Of a stretch of DNA of 20,000 nt, positions 1-6,500 are shown one piece after another (positions within the stretch are counted from its first letter, which is position 1; every line of letters begins with the position of its first letter). The position numbers were made by a program, and so were the translations under genes. Origin of the DNA: an uncultured virus (IMG/VR IMGVR_UViG_3300021963_000096) (Duplodnaviria > Heunggongvirae > Uroviricota > Caudoviricetes). The notes under the pieces were generated by a model, which did no database searches, had not been told where the DNA came from, and saw nothing but the letters and a program-made list of their open reading frames with translations. The stretch lies in the IMG/VR virus record IMGVR_UViG_3300021963_000096. The stretch is one strand, 5' to 3'.

Positions 1-1
1 T

Positions 2-472
2 AACAAAGATAGTTTTGTACGCAAACGCATCATCGATCAGAATCTAGCATTCTTGAATCAACGGTTGACCTATTATCTCGATAAGATTGGCTTACCGCAC
101 ATCGTTGAGTTCCAAAACGACCTTAGTGTTATCATCACTCAGCTAGGTCAGGATCTAGATTTCGATAATTTAAGCAGAGGTGAACGTAATAGATTGATTC
201 TAAGCCTAAGTTGGGCATTCCGAGATGTATGGGAAAACTTGTATCAACCTATTAATCTACTGTTTATCGACGAGCTTGTGGATTCGGGCATGGATGCCAG
301 CGGCGTTGAAAGCTCTATCGCTGTGTTGAAAAAGATGACCCGAGAACGCAACAAGAACGTATTCCTTATTTCGCATAGAGATGATCTAACTAGCAGGGTA
401 AATCATGTGTTGAAAGTCATTAAAGAAAACGGGTTTACCAGCTATAGCAACGATGTCGAGATTATAGAATGA
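2..472 (+). CDS. gp46: Recombination exonuclease ATPase subunit (T4 gp46 / SbcC-Rad50-like), C-terminal part; 5' end lies outside the window
   Basis: The frame is open from position 2 (NKDSFVRKRIIDQNLAFLNQRL...). It shows the ABC signature LSRGE, Walker B LLFIDE with D-loop-like LVDSGMD, and H-loop ISH. Confidence 0.9.
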   Translation, partial: NKDSFVRKRIIDQNLAFLNQRLTYYLDKIGLPHIVEFQNDLSVIITQLGQDLDFDNLSRGERNRLILSLSWAFRDVWENLYQPINLLFIDELVDSGMDASGVESSIAVLKKMTRERNKNVFLISHRDDLTSRVNHVLKVIKENGFTSYSNDVEIIE

Positions 473-699
473 GTACAGATGCCCACGATCGTATGATCCA
501 CGCTTTTCAAGAGTATTTTAAATGGCAGGACCGTTTTGAATACAAAGGATCTGACGAAGCGGGCATCAAAGCCAGATACTGGCTGTCAGAAATACGCAAC
601 GAGGCAAGCATTAGGCGAGTAGAAATACAAGACAAAAGGCACGAACGTAAAAAATCCAGAAAAGGCATGCTAGGTCGTCCACCAAAACTAACTAAGTGA
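469..699 (+). CDS. Small basic protein, possibly Hc1/histone-H1-like nucleic-acid-binding
   Basis: 76-aa ORF with ATGA overlap on the gp46 stop. KGSDEAGIKARYWLSEIR resembles the KGNKAAGxRARKxLxEL pattern of Hc1-like proteins, and the C-terminus is Lys/Arg-rich. The family call is tentative. Confidence 0.55.
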   Translation: MSTDAHDRMIHAFQEYFKWQDRFEYKGSDEAGIKARYWLSEIRNEASIRRVEIQDKRHERKKSRKGMLGRPPKLTK

Positions 700-1134
700 G
701 TGCTGTGGACATATCAAAATCAACCCGTAGAAGAAATACCCGAAGGCTACATAGGCTTTGTTTATCTCATCACCAATCTACAGACCGGACAGAAGTACAT
801 AGGCAAAAAACTAGCTCAATTCAAACGTACTAAACCACCACTCAAAGGCAAAAAACTTAAAAGAAGATCAACAGTAGAAAGCGATTGGCGCGAATACTGG
901 GGTTCATCTGATAGGTTAAACGCAGACGTCCAAGCATTAGGTCCGGAAAACTTCACTAGAGAAATACTTTATCTTTGTAAATCCAAGGCAGAAATGTCAT
1001 ATCTAGAGGCTAGAGAGCAGTTTGAACGCAGGGTTTTAGAAACAGATGACTATTATAATGGCATTATAAACGTCAGAGTTGGCGGTTCAAACATACTTAG
1101 ACAGCGTCTAGAAGAACATAAAAAGGCAAAATAA
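700..1134 (+). CDS. Stand-alone GIY-YIG family endonuclease (Seg-like catalytic domain only)
   Basis: GFVYLITN...KYIGKK (GIY-YIG motif), YWGSS, a Glu in the metal-ligand position in YLEAREQF, and YYNG. There is a basic insertion KRTKPPLKGKKLKRR and no C-terminal DNA-binding domain. GTG start. Confidence 0.85.
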   Translation: MLWTYQNQPVEEIPEGYIGFVYLITNLQTGQKYIGKKLAQFKRTKPPLKGKKLKRRSTVESDWREYWGSSDRLNADVQALGPENFTREILYLCKSKAEMSYLEAREQFERRVLETDDYYNGIINVRVGGSNILRQRLEEHKKAK

Positions 1135-1500
1135 TCGCCAAAAAAACCCGCACCGGTGACTGTTATGGTGCCCGAAATCCGTGGTGATGTCGCACGGTAA
1201 GGACCCTAATTGGCGAAGGGTAAACATAGTACTATCCTTAACAGGACGTGGATCGGATATGCCTACAACCGGTTTACTATGTGAAAAACGCATTTTTAAA
1301 GGCTAAATGAGGGTTAATAGCCCACGACTATACTGTACGATAGCAGGTATTTTATAGTCCGCCGTCATAATAAGACTGAGCTCGAGGTACCGGATGACCG
1401 CCTCTGTAATGCTCTACTGCTGTGTGACATGTTCGACTCGGATAATGTTCATCTTTTAGCCCGCAAGGGCTAAGTGTGACTGAACGATCTGGATAATATT
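1135..1500 (+). ncRNA. Candidate large structured non-coding RNA (family not recognised)
   Basis: No credible ORF. Nested stems: 1150-54/1167-71, 1179-83/1193-97, 1203-07/1217-21, 1224-31/1275-82, 1326-32/1353-59, 1384-87/1401-04, and 1456-62/1467-73 capped by a GCAA tetraloop. Loop pseudoknot 1135-41/1210-16. G-U pairs and the GNRA loop favour the + strand as RNA. Confidence 0.6.
1422..1500 (+). repeat. Imperfect direct repeat GTGTGAC-N4/5-CGA-N3-GGATAAT-(G/A)TT, two copies
   Basis: Copy 1 at 1422-1449 is GTGTGACatgttCGActcGGATAATgTT. Copy 2 at 1474-1500 is GTGTGACtgaaCGAtctGGATAATaTT. Confidence 0.75.
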
Positions 1501-1502
1501 AA

Positions 1503-1576
1503 AACTGCTTCGCAGTTAAATCTAAAAAAAATGTGTCTGAGCGTTAGCGAAAGACACGAGTGAGCATCGCTCACTC
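1503..1576. other. Cluster of three short hairpins
   Basis: AACTGC-TTC-GCAGTT (1503-1517); GTGTCT-gagcgttagcgaa-AGACAC (1533-1557); GAGTGAGC-ATC-GCTCACTC (1558-1576). Confidence 0.7.
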
Positions 1577-1583
1577 CTAAATG

Positions 1584-1591
1584 AATAAATA
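1584..1591 (+). promoter_or_regulatory. T4-type late promoter (AATAAATA)
   Basis: 7/8 match to the gp55-dependent TATAAATA, about 25 nt upstream of the ORF 1615 start. Confidence 0.65.
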
Positions 1592-1614
1592 ATCATTATT
1601 AGGAATAGGTCTGT

Positions 1615-2718
1615 ATGAAAATAACTGACGTCATCACTGAATCAAAAAAAGTTAATGAAGCACCTGTAGGTATGTTAAAAAGGGCTGGTCTAGGTATTGC
1701 TTCTAAATTAGGCAGTACTCGAGCTGCTGGAGCACTAGATACTGCGGAAGTGGCTAACAATCTAAAAAAAGCCTTTAGTAGATTCCTAGGTCAAACAGGA
1801 CAAAAACCTAATTCTGATAGCATTATCGCTTTCTTGCAGAGAAATAGCTTGCCTACTGACGGTGCTGAGAAAGCTATCCAACAGGCTGCTGCTGGTGCCG
1901 GTATACAAGTAGGACCTGCTAAAGATATGGCCGCAACATTAGGCATTGGAAAAAATGCTGGCGGTCCTATGGCGACACCTAACCCAAAACCATCCGCAGG
2001 TACTAGCAGTGCAGAAGCTCCTCCCGAAGCTGGAGGCAGACCTGCTGCCGCGGAGCCTGCTGCCGCAGGCGGAACATCCGATGTAGATTATGACATTCCG
2101 GCATATAAGAGAAAAGGTATGCCTGAACCTACAACTACACCAACTACACCAACTAACCCACAAGCTGATCTCAAAGCTAGACTTAAAGCTAAAAAAGGTG
2201 CTGGTAAAGTTAAAACTAATTTTAAAGCATATCAGAATGCTGCCAAAGCAAAAGGTCTAAACGCTGGTTTAGATTTATTTGGTAATCCTATCATGGAAGT
2301 TGATCTCAAAGGTTCAACTGTTGATAAAATTATTCTAGCCGCTGTACAAGATGCTATTAAGAATGGTATGGGACAGCAACTGTCCGCTGTGAGCTCTGGT
2401 AGCGGAGCAGGAGCTGCTGATGGTGGTGAAGAAGGTGATCAAGAACAGGGATTCATGGCTGGCATAAAGCGTGGAATTAAAGGTGGTGATCAACCAACAC
2501 AAGCTAGAGGCAATGTTAATTACGGAAAATTAGGAGAGCTGCTGCCTGGTGTTGATCCTGCTCAACTAAGAAAAGCTGTCACTAACTCTCTAGCTGGCAG
2601 ACCGTTGTCAAGAGAACAAATGGGTGTCATGGCAACTGCGTTTGGTGAGGTTATTAAATTAGATCCTGCGGCAAAAACTCAGGTATTTCAATTACTCAAA
2701 GCAGTAAGAGCCGCTTAA
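1615..2718 (+). CDS. Hypothetical Ala/Gly/Pro-rich late protein, possibly an internal head protein
   Basis: 367-aa ORF with a late promoter and AGGA upstream. The middle is low complexity, and the N-terminus MKITDVITESKKVNE carries (I/V)xE motifs similar to gp21 cleavage sites. Confidence 0.7.
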   Translation: MKITDVITESKKVNEAPVGMLKRAGLGIASKLGSTRAAGALDTAEVANNLKKAFSRFLGQTGQKPNSDSIIAFLQRNSLPTDGAEKAIQQAAAGAGIQVGPAKDMAATLGIGKNAGGPMATPNPKPSAGTSSAEAPPEAGGRPAAAEPAAAGGTSDVDYDIPAYKRKGMPEPTTTPTTPTNPQADLKARLKAKKGAGKVKTNFKAYQNAAKAKGLNAGLDLFGNPIMEVDLKGSTVDKIILAAVQDAIKNGMGQQLSAVSSGSGAGAADGGEEGDQEQGFMAGIKRGIKGGDQPTQARGNVNYGKLGELLPGVDPAQLRKAVTNSLAGRPLSREQMGVMATAFGEVIKLDPAAKTQVFQLLKAVRAA

Positions 2719-2945
2719 AAAAACGGCAACCCAGAAGTTTTAGTTATGTCCATATTATCCTTGACTATTTCAAGGACAAGTTCTCTTTCGTCGTGGCTTA
2801 GATTCATCGCTTCAGCAAACGACAAACCACCACGCATATACCAAACTGATCGCATAGCTTCTAACTTGATCTGTTTTGCCTGATCATCTAAGGCCTTCGA
2901 CTCGGCTAATACTTCAGGAATACTTAACGTCGAAAGCCTTTGCCG
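2715..2945 (-). CDS. Small ORF overlapping the gp26-like gene in the -1 frame; probable C-terminal extension made by frameshifting (baseplate/tail chaperone, gp51/gpT-like role)
   Basis: Protein-like sequence (WYMRGGLSFAEAMNLSHDERE...GLPFF). The track's ATG at 2984 lies inside the upstream gene without an SD. The frame can be entered by a -1 slip at 2951-2945. Confidence 0.7.
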   Translation of the reverse strand, partial: RQRLSTLSIPEVLAESKALDDQAKQIKLEAMRSVWYMRGGLSFAEAMNLSHDERELVLEIVKDNMDITKTSGLPFF

Positions 2946-2951
2946 AAAAAA
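2890..2951 (-). promoter_or_regulatory. Putative programmed -1 ribosomal frameshift signal
   Basis: In-phase heptamer T_TTT_TTC (2951-2945), followed after 4 nt by the 12-bp stem AAGGCTTTCGAC (2940-2929) / GTCGAAGGCCTT (2901-2890). Confidence 0.7.
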
Positions 2952-3817
2952 TCCGACTGATCCATAGTAAGTTCTACTTCCCATTCATTGGCACAGTTTT
3001 GACATTTGCTGTGAAAGGTGCTAAGATTACCTGTTTCTCTGGTCTTGCTGACAGCATTATTAATCTGTTCAAAGATATTCTTATCAGTTTTTTGTAAAAA
3101 TTCTTTTATGAACTCTGGATTGTCAGTCATGCCTGCTGAACTTTCAATACGAGTGATACATCTAACTGCGGTGTCGATGGTTAAATCGGTAAGTTTAATA
3201 AAACTTTCTTGAAACATCTTAAGTTTTTCTTGCTCGCTGATAGACTCATCGTTGATAATAGTGAATATCCTCTGATGCTCAAAAGCCTTTAATGCTGCTT
3301 TGGTAATTTCTTCATAGGTCATAGGTCTTAGATGAACGACCATTTGATCTCCAATCTCAACTTTGGTATCAAATGTAATACTGTTTAATTTGTCTAAGAC
3401 TGTGCGTAGATCAACGACAGCATCATTAGCATGACTGCACTTAGGGCATCTAGCCACAACTTCCATATCTTCCCCGTAGGTTGCGATACGAATAGCAGAT
3501 AAAATAGCATCAACATCTAGGCTAGGTACTTGCCAAGGATCGACGATATTAGGAATGCAGCTTGAGATTACTTCTTTCGTAGCTACTCCGTTCATCAAAG
3601 CATCGGGAGTCTTAAACAGTAGCTCGTCTCTAGCCGTCATAGCATAAACAGGATATTCATTGTTAGGAGTTCTTTTTAAGGCTCCTTCTGGATAAAAATT
3701 ACCTTTTGACGGTAGAGACACATAGATTTTTGGCTGTCTAAAAAAACTAGACAACGGGTTTAAGTTTTGTTGAGGAGCAGACTGTGCTGCGACCTTACTT
3801 GGATCAAAATCTGACAT
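2924..3817 (-). CDS. gp26: Baseplate hub assembly chaperone (T4 gp26/gp51 family)
   Basis: Motifs PKIYVSLPS, MTARDE, DAILSAIRIATYGE, two CxxC pairs (CPKC, CQNC) and terminal DFF. SD-like AGGTGG and a perfect late promoter lie upstream. Confidence 0.75.
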   Translation of the reverse strand: MSDFDPSKVAAQSAPQQNLNPLSSFFRQPKIYVSLPSKGNFYPEGALKRTPNNEYPVYAMTARDELLFKTPDALMNGVATKEVISSCIPNIVDPWQVPSLDVDAILSAIRIATYGEDMEVVARCPKCSHANDAVVDLRTVLDKLNSITFDTKVEIGDQMVVHLRPMTYEEITKAALKAFEHQRIFTIINDESISEQEKLKMFQESFIKLTDLTIDTAVRCITRIESSAGMTDNPEFIKEFLQKTDKNIFEQINNAVSKTRETGNLSTFHSKCQNCANEWEVELTMDQSDFFGKGFRR

Positions 3818-3828
3818 GGTTTTCCACC

Positions 3829-3836
3829 TATAAATA
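3829..3836 (+). promoter_or_regulatory. T4-type late promoter TATAAATA for the tape-measure/portal operon
   Basis: Exact TATAAATA in the intergenic gap upstream of ORF 3897. Confidence 0.8.
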
Positions 3837-3848
3837 AATGTAGTAAGA

Positions 3849-3856
3849 TATTTATA
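3849..3856 (-). promoter_or_regulatory. T4-type late promoter TATAAATA for the gp26-like gene
   Basis: TATTTATA on + is an exact TATAAATA on -, about 30 nt upstream of the 3817 start. Confidence 0.8.
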
Positions 3857-3896
3857 TACTCAGATTTTCTGGTATTTTAAACCTGGTGCTCAAAAA

Positions 3897-6500
3897 ATGG
3901 CAAAAACTTCAGTAGAAATCCTAGGCGGAAAATTAGATGGCACTGTAATTAATAACATGGCCAGCGAAGCCACGATGCGTGATCTGCTGGTTGCTGTTAA
4001 AAAAATGTCTGGGAGTACTACTGGTAGCTCATCATCTTCTGGACCAGCAAAAAGTAAATCAAATTTAAAAAAGAATTTAGGAACTATGTCTAGTTTAGCC
4101 GACGGGCTAGGCGAACAAATAGGCAACGTGATTGGAGCAGTTGGCGGCATGGGTGCTATGCTTGCTGTAGGTAACACACGGATGAGTTCCTATACTAAAG
4201 CTCTAAACGATCAAGTAATATCTAAAATTCCTTTAGTAGGCGGCCTACTTGGTGGCCTCGGAGGTGTGATCAACAGCACCATAGAAGTCTTTGAAGAATG
4301 GAATGAAAGTCTTAAGAAAGGCACAGATTCTGGTGCTACATTCGGTAATAGCATATTAAGAGCATCAAAAGCAGCCACATCAGCAGCCATGGGCCTAGAT
4401 GATTATATGGCGATGGTTAACAAGCATTCAACAACAATGCTAAATCTAGGAGGAACTGTTACTGAAGGAGCAGAAAGATTTAGTAGAGTAGCTAAACAGA
4501 TGAATAGGCAAGGCGGAACAGCGACCAAAACACTGAGACAAATGGGCTATTCAGCCGAAATGGTCAATGAAGCATTTTTACAATATGTTGAAATGACCGG
4601 AATGGGGCTACAGCAGAGCGGAATCACAGATAGACAACTAGCAGAATCATTTGATACCTTTCAACTTAATTTAATTAGGATGGGCTATCTCACAGGACAG
4701 GGTGTAAAAAAACTCGAAGAACAGATGGCAGTAGCCAGTCAAGATATTGTATTCAGGATGCAGCTAGCAAAACTAAAAGATCCAAAACAACGAGATAAAG
4801 TCATGGCATCGCTGGTACAGTTTACTTCAATGTACGGCGAAGCTGGAGCAGAATTATTCAAAGCGATATTTTTAGGAATGCCACCGGGCGGCGAAGATGC
4901 TAGGAATCTAATGGTGATGATTCCTGAATTGCCAGGGCTTATGAAAAAATCTTTAGATTCAGCTGTGAAGGGTAAAGCTTCTGTAGATGCTTATATTCAA
5001 GATAATGAAGACGTTTTAATTGACGCTATGGTAGCATCAGCTAGAAGAGGCGAAGGTATTGAAGGAATGTTAGCTGCTGCCGGTTCAGGATACGCTGATG
5101 CTGAAAAACTTAGAAAATCTCTGATACCAATACTCACACAGTTGAACAAGTACGGAGACATTGCTAATATTGATAGACTAAAATTAAAAGAGCTGTTCGC
5201 CAGTGCTAGAAGAGAAGCCAAAGATAGAGACGAACTTACTCAATTTTTAAATAACATGTCGATGGCCTTTGAAGAATTAAAATTTGGGTTGATGGACTTT
5301 TTTATTCCGATGCTGGAGGATCTAGGAATTTACCTTGAAGAAAAAGACCTACCCGGCAAAGTTAAAGAATTCGGATTGTTTTTAAAAAATTCAGTTGAAA
5401 AATATCTACCAGACGTTATAACATTCTTTAAATGGCTAGGAGATGAAAATGGTAGATCTTATATCCTAAATGAAATGGGTTATTTTTTCAAACGGATGGC
5501 TGTAGAATTCGAATATTATGCCAAAGAAGCCTTTGGATTTGGTACAGCTGAAGAATACCAAGCATTAAAAAACGAAGAACTAGGTAAAATTAAAAAAGAT
5601 TATGAGGATCAAAAAACCAAGCTAGCACCAAAATTGCCTGAGCGATATGTGCCACCACATAAAAGAGAAGGAGCAGCTAGAGAAGAACCGGCTGCTCCAG
5701 GAGCACGTCGTGAACAACGTCCTCCCTCGTCAGGCACGATGTCCACGACTGGTCAAGGTCCCTTAGGTATACGTGATCAAACACAATATGCGGCAGATTT
5801 AGAGAGAGGCGGTTCTTTACAAAATATTCAAGGTACAATTATCCATCATACCGGTGGTCGAGCTATGTCTGGAATGTACGCTACTTTAAGAAACAAAGGA
5901 TTTTCTTATAATTACGCTATAGATCGAGAAGGAAATATACATCAGATATTGCCAGACGGCACAGTAGCTTACCATGCTGGTAAAACTCCTAAGATGCCGC
6001 ATCTTAGCAATCAAAACACATTAGGTATATCTTTATTAGCCAACGACGATGCTGATATACTGCCTGTACAATTAGAAAAATTAGTAGAGTTACAGAAATT
6101 TCTAGCAGAAAAATACGGCTTCACAGCCACATCGGCATTTGGCCACGGTGAAACATCAGCTAAACAACCTACAGAAGGCGTCACAGGTGCTGGCCACATT
6201 AGACAAACTTTAAGTAAAGCAGGGGTTAGATCTCATAAATCTGGAACACTGGGACAATACGGTTCTCTGTTTAAAGACTTCGGAGCTGGAACAAATGTAA
6301 TATTAGATGACGTTGAAACTGTGATGACTCCTTCCCAGATGAATTCTATGATTGTTGGTTCTGGAAATATCGCTACAACTGAAATGTTACAGTCTTTAGA
6401 TAGGAACTTTCAGAGATTAGTAACTATTATGTCAGAAAGAACTAACATATCTAAATCACAATTATCTTACATAGAACAAAATCAAACTAGGATAGCTTAA
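3897..6500 (+). CDS. Tape-measure-like / baseplate hub protein with a C-proximal N-acetylmuramoyl-L-alanine amidase (Amidase_2-like) domain
   Basis: Long helical Ala/Gly/Met-rich protein next to the chaperone gene. Amidase motifs IIHHTGG, YNYAIDREGNIHQ, AYHAG, NQNTLGISL and FGHGE lie at about 5825-6190. Confidence 0.7.
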   Translation: MAKTSVEILGGKLDGTVINNMASEATMRDLLVAVKKMSGSTTGSSSSSGPAKSKSNLKKNLGTMSSLADGLGEQIGNVIGAVGGMGAMLAVGNTRMSSYTKALNDQVISKIPLVGGLLGGLGGVINSTIEVFEEWNESLKKGTDSGATFGNSILRASKAATSAAMGLDDYMAMVNKHSTTMLNLGGTVTEGAERFSRVAKQMNRQGGTATKTLRQMGYSAEMVNEAFLQYVEMTGMGLQQSGITDRQLAESFDTFQLNLIRMGYLTGQGVKKLEEQMAVASQDIVFRMQLAKLKDPKQRDKVMASLVQFTSMYGEAGAELFKAIFLGMPPGGEDARNLMVMIPELPGLMKKSLDSAVKGKASVDAYIQDNEDVLIDAMVASARRGEGIEGMLAAAGSGYADAEKLRKSLIPILTQLNKYGDIANIDRLKLKELFASARREAKDRDELTQFLNNMSMAFEELKFGLMDFFIPMLEDLGIYLEEKDLPGKVKEFGLFLKNSVEKYLPDVITFFKWLGDENGRSYILNEMGYFFKRMAVEFEYYAKEAFGFGTAEEYQALKNEELGKIKKDYEDQKTKLAPKLPERYVPPHKREGAAREEPAAPGARREQRPPSSGTMSTTGQGPLGIRDQTQYAADLERGGSLQNIQGTIIHHTGGRAMSGMYATLRNKGFSYNYAIDREGNIHQILPDGTVAYHAGKTPKMPHLSNQNTLGISLLANDDADILPVQLEKLVELQKFLAEKYGFTATSAFGHGETSAKQPTEGVTGAGHIRQTLSKAGVRSHKSGTLGQYGSLFKDFGAGTNVILDDVETVMTPSQMNSMIVGSGNIATTEMLQSLDRNFQRLVTIMSERTNISKSQLSYIEQNQTRIA

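Noticed and set aside
1108..1293. 61-aa minus-strand ORF
   Set aside because: It is short, has no SD or recognisable motif, overlaps the GIY-YIG end, and lies antisense to the structured element.
1135..1500. Group I intron (GACTA/TATAGTCC resembles P7, and a GIY-YIG ORF is adjacent)
   Set aside because: There is too little room for P3' plus P8 between the strands, the G-binding bulge geometry is not met, I found no convincing P4/P6 elements, and no flanking gene looks interrupted. A degenerate relative cannot be excluded without a covariance search.
1135..1576. tRNA, tmRNA, RNase P RNA or group II intron domain V
   Set aside because: No cloverleaf with proper arms around GTTCGA (1431-36), no tmRNA termini, no GAGGAAAGTCC, and no catalytic AGC-type domain V hairpin.
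2946..2984. ATG at 2984 as the start of the 89-aa ORF
   Set aside because: It lies inside the gp26-like gene with no SD. Entry by -1 frameshift explains the ORF better.
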